Sequence record: PP496440.1
DNA: 64,000 bases
Strand: one strand, 5' to 3'
This document shows positions 15,845-24,292 of this stretch, one piece after another; position 1 is the stretch's first letter, and each line of letters opens with the position of its first letter. The position numbers and the translations under genes were made by a program. A model generated the notes under the pieces. It was not told the DNA's origin, made no database searches, and was given only the letters and a program-made list of their open reading frames with translations.

Positions 15845-16379
15845 CGTTGTTACCTTTGGCGACGTGCATCAGATGCTGATCCCAGTTGTTCATAGTAGGG
15901 GAACTCTCATCCTGAGCCATGCTCGAATAGTCCACAAGCCCCTTCTTAGCCACCCAGCTCCGGAAGGCTTCTACCGCAGGCGCTGCATCGTGACGGGCGC
16001 TGAGAGTGATAACTTCGTCACGGGTGGTCAGGAAGCCGAGGAAGTCCATGACTGCCATCTGAACCAGCTCGGTGCTGATACGCGCCTGATCCGGGTGCGG
16101 CTGGTAGTTCTGGCTGAACTGGGTCTTACCAATGACATCGAGCCGACGCTGACCATGCTCATCCAGCTCTTTCTGCAAGCGGACCAGTCCGTCCAGTCCT
16201 GCATAACCTGGGTGTTCGGCGGCTTGTGCAGCGGAATCAATCGCGGTCTTGACGGCTGCATGTTGATCTGGAGTCAGTTCCTCCACTTTGGCGTATGCGA
16301 CGCCTGTGGTGTTCAGCTGCTTGATCTGATCTTCGGTCAGTTGCGCGCCCATGGAGGGGTAGTCTTTCTTGTCAGTCAT
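15834..16379 (-). CDS. Hypothetical protein
   Basis: Start reassigned to ATG 16379 (GAGG upstream). Confidence 0.65.
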   Translation of the reverse strand: MTDKKDYPSMGAQLTEDQIKQLNTTGVAYAKVEELTPDQHAAVKTAIDSAAQAAEHPGYAGLDGLVRLQKELDEHGQRRLDVIGKTQFSQNYQPHPDQARISTELVQMAVMDFLGFLTTRDEVITLSARHDAAPAVEAFRSWVAKKGLVDYSSMAQDESSPTMNNWDQHLMHVAKGNNDAQ

Positions 16380-16450
16380 TTCAGATGCCTCATTAGGGTA
16401 GGAACACCAGATGTCGTACAGTGGTGTGTGCATTGGGGTAGGGCCTTATG

Positions 16451-17410
16451 TCAGTCCAAGTTGAATGCTGACCTAGCATAACCAACTGGGTCTGCGTATA
16501 CGCATAGTTGGTAGATGCGGTCCGTACTGTTCTGCTCCACGATAGCTTCCTCGTAAGACGGAACCGAAACCTCTTCCACCGAAGGATCGTCCATTCCCGT
16601 ATACAGATTGGTTTGGCCCTCCCCTTCTACCGCTTCCACACTCGGGACGTAATACGCCAGCCCCAGGTAGTGGTTGAACTCGTTGCTGGTCTTGGCGTCC
16701 TTGACCCAAAACTCAAGGTAGGATGTGAACGTACCCTTACTGACCTTGTACTTGTTGATCGCCCGCAAGGTGGCCAGCATGTAGTTCTGGGCCATGTCGT
16801 TGATGTCCACCTTGATCTTGGACATCGTGACTTCCTTGCGCACCTTGGAGAACAACCAGCGGCTGTACTTCTTGGCGATCAGCTTGCGCAACTCGTTGGC
16901 CAGACCATACCACATGATCACCTGACGCCGGGCTGACCATAGATCACGGTGACCGGTATAGCGAACGCTGGCTTCGATCTCCGACTTGCTCCGTACCAGC
17001 GTGTGATAGTTCGCCTTGGTAGCGGACGCCAACTCAAGGCACACACCGTCATAGCCTTCCGTTCGTTCAAGGAAAGCCTCGATGATGGCATGGTACATGG
17101 TTCTTTCCAGCTGCATATCGAAGAACAGGGTCAGCTTTTCCTGTGGATCTTTAACCGACAGGAACCCGGCCATCAGGGATACAACATCACCCCGTGAGAA
17201 GGAGGACAGCTTGCGGCGCTTGTTCATCATCTGCCACGACATGGTAGTGGCAACCACCTCGTCGGCGATCAGCGTTGTTTGGAAGATGACCAGTAATGCC
17301 CGGCCAATGAGGTCATCAAGTAGGCCAAACATCTGTGCACTGGTCAGGGTGAGGTCGTATGGATTATTCTGCTTCATCCACGACATCACATCTTGATGGT
17401 GACCGGCCAT
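16451..17410 (-). CDS. Phage RNA polymerase sigma factor (region 2 present, no obvious region 4)
   Basis: DINDMAQNYMLATLRAINKYKVSKGTFTSYLEFWVKDA matches sigma-70 region 2. Confidence 0.75.
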   Translation of the reverse strand: MAGHHQDVMSWMKQNNPYDLTLTSAQMFGLLDDLIGRALLVIFQTTLIADEVVATTMSWQMMNKRRKLSSFSRGDVVSLMAGFLSVKDPQEKLTLFFDMQLERTMYHAIIEAFLERTEGYDGVCLELASATKANYHTLVRSKSEIEASVRYTGHRDLWSARRQVIMWYGLANELRKLIAKKYSRWLFSKVRKEVTMSKIKVDINDMAQNYMLATLRAINKYKVSKGTFTSYLEFWVKDAKTSNEFNHYLGLAYYVPSVEAVEGEGQTNLYTGMDDPSVEEVSVPSYEEAIVEQNSTDRIYQLCVYADPVGYARSAFNLD

Positions 17411-17419
17411 GACCTACTC

Positions 17420-17581
17420 CTAGTTGAGCGCTTTGAGTGATTTCTTCTTCTGGAAGTCATCCCACATCACGTCGTATTCTTCACGGGTGATACCCGGCTT
17501 GGCAATCTTGGCGATGTCCCAGAATTCTTCCTTAGTCATCAAAGACAGTTTTTCTGCGTCCTCTCCCGGTAACTTTTCCAT
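17420..17581 (-). CDS. Small hypothetical protein
   Basis: ATG 17581 immediately after the SWIM gene stop; 53 aa. Confidence 0.55.
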   Translation of the reverse strand: MEKLPGEDAEKLSLMTKEEFWDIAKIAKPGITREEYDVMWDDFQKKKSLKALN

Positions 17582-17583
17582 GA

Positions 17584-18036
17584 TCAGTATCCTTTGGCCT
17601 TGATAGCCATAAGTAGGCGCAAGACGTGCTTGCATACCAGTGGAACCATCGAGGCGTTCTTGACGATGGGCTTCTCACCGTTGGAGTACACGATGTCGGC
17701 AGCACCTACTCGGTACAGCGCCACTTCCCACGTGAAGCAATGGTCTTCGCAGTCGCACTCCACCTTGATACCCGCAGCCCGGCTCACCTTGGAAGCACGG
17801 TCCAGCGCAGTGATCTTCACGCGGCGCTTCTGCGGGTTGGTGTTGATCCGGGTGCGACGACTCTTGGCCGTGCACTCGACGACGAGGTTACCCTCCTTGT
17901 CAACGGTGCGCTTAGGGGAATACAGGCGAACGTCACGGCTGCGCTCATATGTGTAAGGCATGTAGCGCGTTGTCTCGTTGATCAGCTTTTTGAGGGGCAA
18001 TCCCTTCTTACTTTTTTGCTTTACTACGCTCGCCAT
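17584..18036 (-). CDS. SWIM-type zinc finger protein
   Basis: CDCEDH...VCKHVLRLL (CxC...CxH); start reassigned to ATG 18036. Confidence 0.7.
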   Translation of the reverse strand: MASVVKQKSKKGLPLKKLINETTRYMPYTYERSRDVRLYSPKRTVDKEGNLVVECTAKSRRTRINTNPQKRRVKITALDRASKVSRAAGIKVECDCEDHCFTWEVALYRVGAADIVYSNGEKPIVKNASMVPLVCKHVLRLLMAIKAKGY

Positions 18037-19609
18037 CGCTCTGCTTCCTTCTCTTAGCAACCCGGTCCCGCGCTTCCTTGGAAGCCTTCGAGCCACGTTT
18101 GGTTGAAGTACTGGATGCCTTGGTATGACCCTTCGGTGCCCCGGTCTTGGACTTCACGCCGTGCTTGACCTTGGCTACCGTGTCGGACTCGTAACGCTCC
18201 AGAATGCTGGTGATACGGTCACGTGCGTCTTCCTCGGTCATCTCCGGAACAGGAGCCCCGTTCTCGTCCAGCACCTGTGTTTCAGGAACTGCGCCGAACA
18301 ACGACGAGGTCTTGCCGGGGCCAGTGGTCGGCAGCGAGTTCAGGAAGAAGGAATACTTGTTCCGAGTCGCGTCGTAACCTACGTCCACTACGCTGTCGAT
18401 CAGATCGTACAGCTTCATCGACTCACCCTTGCCGCCGCGAGTCTTCAAGTGACCGTTGACCACTTCACGCACTTCCTTATCGGTAGAGTTCATGATGATC
18501 TCAGTCATCGATGTCACAATCCGATTGTAGGTGTACATGTTGTGGTAGGCCAGCAGGAAGGTGGAAACGTTGCCGCCAATCACGCTGAGAACGTCGGTGT
18601 ACTTGATCGCGGTGCACACTGGGCAGTTGCACGGCAGATGGTTGAACGGGCTCGGGCTGTTCACCTTGTCGAACATCTTGAAGAAGCCCGGCGGGGTGCT
18701 GATGTGCTCTTGGAAGTAGTAGCCCTTGGATACCGATTCCTGCAACCACGTAGAGGCGTCACTAGTGATCAGCGGGGCCAGGCCTTTCTTCGCCATGTAG
18801 ATCAGCGGATAGACCAGCGAGAGCTTGGCGACACCGAGCATGTGGTACTGCTCGTATTTGCGACCGGTAACCATCTGCTGGATGATCTTGGCGATGGCAG
18901 TCATCTGGGTATCGTAATACGTGCCACCCATGGCCAGACGAGTTATGTCGTCACGCTCTACCAGTTCACGGTAGCGGCTTACTTCTTCCTGCGTGTTACC
19001 GTGGAAGATGTTCATCAGCTCCAAACTGGGACGCTTGTTCTGCATCATCAGTTCGGTGTTTGCAGCCTGAACTCGACCCAAGCGCTGATACAACTCTGGA
19101 TCGTTGAAGTGCATCGGGATATCGAGCACGATACCGATGTCTGCATTGTTGTTGTACCACTGGATGATCTCCATCGGGTCTAGGTAGTCGAGACGACCCA
19201 TACCGAGCTGGAAACCTCCGGAGTCCGCGACGATGTGTCGAGACTTGTCAGCGAATGCAGTCACGTCACCTTTACGAGTGTTGTGAGAGATACTGTCTTT
19301 GTTGATGTGCTGGGTGTAGTTGACCATGTACTGGCTGACGCCCATGTCTCGCGCCGTCAGATCGTCAAACGCACTCATGTGGTACATCTCGTCGAACGAC
19401 CCATCTGCCCAGCGTGTGGACACCGCGTGGTGGGTATTGGACACGATGAACAGGTCACGGTCGGGACACTTGAGGAAGATATGGTTGCCACCTATTTCCA
19501 CTAAGTCGATCTTGTTGGGGTTCTTGGCGTAACGGACGTATACCGAAATGCCTCCATGCGCGGGGTAGAACACTCCAGCAGGCACCAGTTTGAATTGACC
19601 AGGCGTCAC
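18008..19609 (-). CDS. tRNA-guanine transglycosylase (TGT/DpdA)-like protein
   Basis: ADSGGFQ, VLDIP, AMGG, HMLGV, SDAST, CNCPVC...H zinc site; GTG start with AGGAG. Confidence 0.8.
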   Translation of the reverse strand: MTPGQFKLVPAGVFYPAHGGISVYVRYAKNPNKIDLVEIGGNHIFLKCPDRDLFIVSNTHHAVSTRWADGSFDEMYHMSAFDDLTARDMGVSQYMVNYTQHINKDSISHNTRKGDVTAFADKSRHIVADSGGFQLGMGRLDYLDPMEIIQWYNNNADIGIVLDIPMHFNDPELYQRLGRVQAANTELMMQNKRPSLELMNIFHGNTQEEVSRYRELVERDDITRLAMGGTYYDTQMTAIAKIIQQMVTGRKYEQYHMLGVAKLSLVYPLIYMAKKGLAPLITSDASTWLQESVSKGYYFQEHISTPPGFFKMFDKVNSPSPFNHLPCNCPVCTAIKYTDVLSVIGGNVSTFLLAYHNMYTYNRIVTSMTEIIMNSTDKEVREVVNGHLKTRGGKGESMKLYDLIDSVVDVGYDATRNKYSFFLNSLPTTGPGKTSSLFGAVPETQVLDENGAPVPEMTEEDARDRITSILERYESDTVAKVKHGVKSKTGAPKGHTKASSTSTKRGSKASKEARDRVAKRRKQSDGERSKAKK

Positions 19610-19633
19610 TGCGCGTACTCCTATGTAAGGGTT

Positions 19634-19668
19634 AAAAACCCGCGTCCCAGTTTCCCAGAACGCGGGTT
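19634..19668 (-). terminator. Intrinsic terminator
   Basis: AACCCGCGT/ACGCGGGTT stem followed by UUUUU on the minus strand. Confidence 0.7.
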
Positions 19669-19678
19669 GGTTACACGC

Positions 19679-19687
19679 TATTTACAG
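19679..19687 (-). promoter_or_regulatory. Candidate phage promoter (GTAAATA class)
   Basis: CTGTAAATA upstream of the TGT-like gene, but also upstream of the terminator hairpin. Confidence 0.35.
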
Positions 19688-19702
19688 GCGTGTTGGCCCT
19701 AC

Positions 19703-20281
19703 TTACTTCGAGTCGGCAGCTTTAGCTTCCTTCTTGGCTTCCTTTTCGGCAGCCTCGGAATCCGCCTTGGTGAAGATCGCTTGGATCAGGTGTGCGGCCG
19801 CGCGTGGGTTGTGCGAGTTGCGATCCAGAATAGTACGGATCTCTTGCAGGCTGGCACCCGCGCCCGACTTGCCGGAAGTGGACTTCGCGCCTTCGTCGTG
19901 AGCATTGATCTCGACGGCGTGGAGTTCGTCCTTGGTCAGCAGGGTCAGGCCGTTGGCTTGAACGTAGCGGTCTACGACCAGCTTCGTGTCGGACTCAGAC
20001 AGGTCCTCCGGGTCGAACGACTTGAGCATGGGGTCAGTACTGACTTGACCTTCAACGTCGGAACCGATAACCTTGTCGGCGGTGGCCAGGTCTTCCGGGG
20101 TGGCTTTGTCTTTCGCAGCCGCTTGACCTGCACCGCCGGTATCGACCGCGCTCGCATCGGAAGAAGTGGAAGGAGTGGACTTGGCCGAGGTTTCAGACTT
20201 GGCAGCAGTTTCCTTCGCTTCGGTGGTCGCTTTGGTTTTGGTCTTTTCTTCGGCAGCAAGTTTCGAGGATTTAGCAGTCAT
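19703..20281 (-). CDS. Hypothetical protein with low-complexity Ala/Lys/Thr N-terminus
   Basis: ATG 20281 with AGGAG; highly biased codon usage. Confidence 0.75.
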   Translation of the reverse strand: MTAKSSKLAAEEKTKTKATTEAKETAAKSETSAKSTPSTSSDASAVDTGGAGQAAAKDKATPEDLATADKVIGSDVEGQVSTDPMLKSFDPEDLSESDTKLVVDRYVQANGLTLLTKDELHAVEINAHDEGAKSTSGKSGAGASLQEIRTILDRNSHNPRAAAHLIQAIFTKADSEAAEKEAKKEAKAADSK

Positions 20282-20362
20282 GGTGAATCTCCTAACATTG
20301 GAATTACCACCCAAGAGGCCTCTCGGTGTGGGATGTTGCAGTGCAGCACTTGCGGTAGACGG

Positions 20363-21460
20363 TTACTCCGGGTTCCGGTCGAAGCCTTTGCCGCGCATGG
20401 CGGTGAAGCTCTTCTCAACCAGCCGGTGGATCGATTTCGGCAGCTTCTCACCCATGGCGTACCAGCGCACGGCTTCACAGAAGAATTCCGATGGGTTCTT
20501 CTGGCTGTACTCACCGATAGGTGATTCCATGATGTTGACCGGCAGGTCAGTGGTCGGCCACACGGCGTCGGGCACCAGATTGCCGGACAGAAGGATGTTA
20601 AGCTTCTCCTCATCCAGATAGTGGTTCTCGCCGACGTACGTGATGATCGCTGCCAGAGCCGCTTCATCTTTCTCGTTCATGCTGGCGTAGGCCAGTTCGG
20701 TGTTGCCCTTCTTGATCAGCGTACGCACGATCCGATCCAGCTGCTTCTTCGACGCCTTATCTTCGATTACGTACTTGTGGTACTCGCTGATCCAGAGTGC
20801 CTGAATGGAATCAGGCATCAGTCGGCTCATCAGTCCGTGGGCGAACTCATGCGCAACCAGATGCTGCACGTAGTTGACGTTCTGAGCTTCCTTCGGTCGC
20901 AGGCGAACACGGTCCATTGGCTCTTTCGCCATGTTCACCGTGGTGTAGTCGCCGTCGTATTTACCTTTCGGCTCATGCAGCTCGATGCGCAGCGGGAAGA
21001 TAGCGTCCAGCCCCCAGCCTTTGTACTGCTCGTACACCTTGTCCAGCCCGGTCATCAAACCTTTGAAGCTGGCTTCGTCCAGATCGGGGATGTAGCTGAA
21101 CACCGGACCGTAAGGCTTGTCGTCGAAGCTGTCGTGGCGCAGCAGAATGGTGCAACCGTAGACGCTGCCCGGCTCGGGGCGTGGGCCAAGGTTGAGGATG
21201 ACTTGAGCGTGCGGGACACGGGTGAGCATCTCGTCGTCCAGCTCGTAGTCTTCCGACTTGTTCAACGCACCCAAGTCGGCGCCGGTGACTTCGGAACCTT
21301 TGAGGCTGTACACGCGCAAGGCCATCTTGCGGTACTTGGTCTCACCGCCCTCGTCATCATTCTTGGCCGACTTGCTGATCTTGACGATCACGATATCCCC
21401 GGCGTTGACCGGGACCAACGGCACCTCTGGAGCTGCCTTATTACGGTCTTTCTTTTTCAT
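20363..21460 (-). CDS. Zinc metallopeptidase-like protein (HExxH...E)
   Basis: AHEFAHG and EYSQKNPSEFFCEAV. Confidence 0.65.
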   Translation of the reverse strand: MKKKDRNKAAPEVPLVPVNAGDIVIVKISKSAKNDDEGGETKYRKMALRVYSLKGSEVTGADLGALNKSEDYELDDEMLTRVPHAQVILNLGPRPEPGSVYGCTILLRHDSFDDKPYGPVFSYIPDLDEASFKGLMTGLDKVYEQYKGWGLDAIFPLRIELHEPKGKYDGDYTTVNMAKEPMDRVRLRPKEAQNVNYVQHLVAHEFAHGLMSRLMPDSIQALWISEYHKYVIEDKASKKQLDRIVRTLIKKGNTELAYASMNEKDEAALAAIITYVGENHYLDEEKLNILLSGNLVPDAVWPTTDLPVNIMESPIGEYSQKNPSEFFCEAVRWYAMGEKLPKSIHRLVEKSFTAMRGKGFDRNPE

Positions 21461-21479
21461 CGGTAGGGTCTCTTGCGGA

Positions 21480-21767
21480 TTAAAGGTTGGCAGCGAGTAG
21501 TTCGCAGAACTGCTGCACGGTTAAGTACTGGGCCTCAGACTGCTTGACCAGTTCACTGACCAACTTATCTGGAACGTCACAAGCAATGCCTTCGTAGTCC
21601 TCCAATGCCATGGCAAACTCTACCCAGTCCAGCGAGTCAAGGCCCATATCGATAACCAGTGTGTCTGGCTGGGCCATGTAAGGAGCGGTGTTAACGTTCA
21701 ACCTCGGTGTGGGCAGCGCGTGCAGACATTGGATGACAGCAGATGTTACAACATTGATGTGAAGCAT
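21480..21767 (-). CDS. Acyl carrier protein-like
   Basis: DMGLDSLDWVEFAMALED phosphopantetheine motif, acidic, TVQQFCELL end. Confidence 0.75.
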   Translation of the reverse strand: MLHINVVTSAVIQCLHALPTPRLNVNTAPYMAQPDTLVIDMGLDSLDWVEFAMALEDYEGIACDVPDKLVSELVKQSEAQYLTVQQFCELLAANL

Positions 21768-21829
21768 GTATCTTACCTATGACGAATACGAACAAACCCG
21801 CCAGACAGTAGCCTAGCGGGTGCTGGGGT

Positions 21830-22450
21830 TTAGTTTACCGCGACTTCAACCTCGGGTGCTTCCGGGATCGCATTGTCTCGGATACGGGCCGCCCAAGGCT
21901 TGTCAGCGAACGTGCCCCGTTTAAGGTGAAGGTGTGGCAGGATCGGATCAGGGATTGCCTGATTGGGCAGCAGCGTCGTCTCGATGCGCTTTCCATTACG
22001 CTTGCGGGCGCCCAGCTGGAAGATGTAAGTCGGGACACGACTGCCCGCCACCACCTTCGGGAACCTGCTATTCAGGGTAAGCTGATGTTCTACGTCTTTT
22101 GCTTGATGCAGGAACACTACACCGACCAGGTTGGGATTCGCCAAGATGACGACATCCCGTTTGACTCCGGCCAACTTGTTGTACTCTTTGCCGTCAGCCC
22201 GATACGCAATCTCACACGGCTCGGACATATCGCCCCACGGCATCTCCACGCCGACCGGATCGTTCCCCAACTCATCCAGACAGTATGAAGCGGCATGGGT
22301 TTCAGCACCTCGGCAGCGGCTGTTAATGATCGCCACCTCCTTCGGGTCGAGTCCCATGTGCTGAATCACAGAATTCAAGCATGCAACCATCAAAGGATAG
22401 GTCGTGAAACCATAATCCCCGATCACGGCGATCAGCTTCTTATCGGACAT
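21830..22450 (-). CDS. SLOG-family (DUF2493/YspA-like) protein
   Basis: IAVIGD..., SRCRGAETHAASY, PWGD...YNKLAGVKRD pattern. Confidence 0.5.
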   Translation of the reverse strand: MSDKKLIAVIGDYGFTTYPLMVACLNSVIQHMGLDPKEVAIINSRCRGAETHAASYCLDELGNDPVGVEMPWGDMSEPCEIAYRADGKEYNKLAGVKRDVVILANPNLVGVVFLHQAKDVEHQLTLNSRFPKVVAGSRVPTYIFQLGARKRNGKRIETTLLPNQAIPDPILPHLHLKRGTFADKPWAARIRDNAIPEAPEVEVAVN

Positions 22451-22497
22451 GGTAGTGCTCCTACAGGTAGACTTATGGGTAGTGTTGACCCATTGAA

Positions 22498-23118
22498 TTA
22501 GTAGGTATAACGGGGAGCTGCTGGAGTCTCAGGAACGACCAGTTGGTGCGTAGGGAAGAGTGAACCGATCACGATGCGGAAGTATTGGCCTTCGCCGCAC
22601 TCCGGGATGTTGAACGACATGAAGAACTTGCCGTCGTCCTTATCGTTGCCGCTTTCCAGCCTCATATCTTCCCAGCGCAGGATCTTCTGAGCTTCCAGAT
22701 ACTTGGTATCGGCGATCTCCACGATGGTGACTTCGCGCAGCATGGTCATCAGGCTGGCGCTACCCCGCAGTGCCTTGAGTGGCAAGCGGTAGTACTCGTA
22801 GCACAGGTCGTTGAGAACTTTGAGGAACGTAACGTCGCTTACCTTGGGCAGCTTGGTGAAGTCCACCGTGTGAGAGTAACCTTGTGAACCGAGCTTGCCG
22901 CTGACGTTGCGAGACATAACAATCTCCCGTTGTGACATTCCCTTGTGGATTTTAGCCAAGGCTTCCCGAACGTCGTCCTGCGCATCACGGGCGGCTTGCT
23001 GCGCCTCGGTCAGTGGCTTGTGATGATGACCGCGACGAGAGCTGGCGTGCTGGAAGGCGTCGTTGTTGGACGCGTTGTGCTGAGTGCGGTATGCCGGGGT
23101 AGGTGCTGGAATAGTCAT
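22498..23118 (-). CDS. Hypothetical protein
   Basis: ORF 22498..23160; ATG 23118 avoids overlap with the upstream gene. Confidence 0.65.
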   Translation of the reverse strand: MTIPAPTPAYRTQHNASNNDAFQHASSRRGHHHKPLTEAQQAARDAQDDVREALAKIHKGMSQREIVMSRNVSGKLGSQGYSHTVDFTKLPKVSDVTFLKVLNDLCYEYYRLPLKALRGSASLMTMLREVTIVEIADTKYLEAQKILRWEDMRLESGNDKDDGKFFMSFNIPECGEGQYFRIVIGSLFPTHQLVVPETPAAPRYTY

Positions 23119-23128
23119 GGTCTTGTTC

Positions 23129-24229
23129 CTATAGGTTGCGGACTTTAATGAGGTTGCCACTGGATGCGGCGATTAACATGGTCTTGGTTAGCCCTCGCTT
23201 GCTGAAGCACAAATCGTCTTCGGCCAGCGGGCAGCTGAAATAATCATTCTTCATGATCTCATCGTGATCCGCCTTGCAGTGGCAGGGACGCAACTTTTCG
23301 ATCTTGTCGAATGTGGTCAACAATGCTGATTTACTGCGAACTTTCAACAAGTCCCTCCAGAGCTCCCATCCCAGCTCATATTCTGCCATGAGTTTTCGCA
23401 GTTGGCGCTTCTCTTTATCTGGCAGGATATCACCCACAATAACGCGGCGATGGAAGTTGTCTCGGGTGATGTAGATAAGCATCCAGCCTTCGATGACGAT
23501 GTTGTGCATCATCTCAAGCAGCACGATGTACGACTTGATCTGCGGCACGTTGGCTTTGGCTGGGAACACCCCACCCTCTTTCTGATGCTTCATCACCTTG
23601 TAGCTGGACGTGGTCTTGTAGTCGATCACGTAGTACTTGCCGTCGAGCCAGAGCAACCCGTCGGTGTGACCCGTGATGTTCTTTCCATATCGAACTGCCA
23701 GCTCTTCATAGCGGAAGAACTTGTGACCACACTTGACGCACTTGCCGGGATGGGGTGAGAACTCGTGGTTGTGTTTGCACTTCTTGCAGTAGTAGTCACC
23801 GACGATGGCCCGCTTGAGGCCCTTCATAAATTTCTGGCGACTCAGCTTCTTCTTCGTGGCTGTATCAAGGACCTTGGCGTTACGGCGTGCTGAATCTCCC
23901 ATGGCGAACGGGGTCAGGCTGACAGCGTGCTGGAACGTCTCGTGCACCGCCGTACCGATGGACGTATAAAAGCCACCACCGACAACTTCTTCCTCACGTT
24001 CCATGACCAGACCGCTTTCCAGTGTGGCGATGGCGTGATAGATCGGGCAGAACGGGAATGAACTGGGGTGAAGGTCCATTACCCGTGTTTCAGACATATG
24101 GCGAACGTCCGTGACTTTGCACGCCTCCGCCATGATGCGTTCCATTTCTTTGAGCGCGTCGGCCATCGGACCAGATACTACCTGATGCCGACTCACTAAC
24201 CCGATGTTTGCTTTTCCGAAACCTTTCAT
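23129..24229 (-). CDS. Cas4-like PD-(D/E)XK exonuclease
   Basis: HPSSFPFCP, GTAVH, GHTDG...VIDYKT, QIKSY, C-terminal Cys cluster, internal zinc ribbon. Confidence 0.75.
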   Translation of the reverse strand: MKGFGKANIGLVSRHQVVSGPMADALKEMERIMAEACKVTDVRHMSETRVMDLHPSSFPFCPIYHAIATLESGLVMEREEEVVGGGFYTSIGTAVHETFQHAVSLTPFAMGDSARRNAKVLDTATKKKLSRQKFMKGLKRAIVGDYYCKKCKHNHEFSPHPGKCVKCGHKFFRYEELAVRYGKNITGHTDGLLWLDGKYYVIDYKTTSSYKVMKHQKEGGVFPAKANVPQIKSYIVLLEMMHNIVIEGWMLIYITRDNFHRRVIVGDILPDKEKRQLRKLMAEYELGWELWRDLLKVRSKSALLTTFDKIEKLRPCHCKADHDEIMKNDYFSCPLAEDDLCFSKRGLTKTMLIAASSGNLIKVRNL

Positions 24230-24247
24230 GGGGTACTCTTTTAGGTC

Positions 24248-24281
24248 GGGTAAATGTTCAATAATTATGGGCTATTTACCG
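24248..24281. promoter_or_regulatory. Overlapping divergent candidate promoters (GTAAAT class)
   Basis: GGGTAAATG on + (24248-24256) and CGGTAAATA on - (24273-24281) between the nuclease and primase genes. Confidence 0.5.
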
Positions 24282-24292
24282 AGGTAATGGCA

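Noticed and set aside
20282-20365. Peptidase gene and the 192 aa gene are in frame, separated by one TAA and 27 sense codons
   Set aside because: TAA is a strong stop, the spacer does not look coding and the downstream gene has its own AGGAG; expected by chance
21794-21821. Possible terminator between the SLOG and ACP genes
   Set aside because: Only a 6-bp stem with a long loop and an interrupted U-tract
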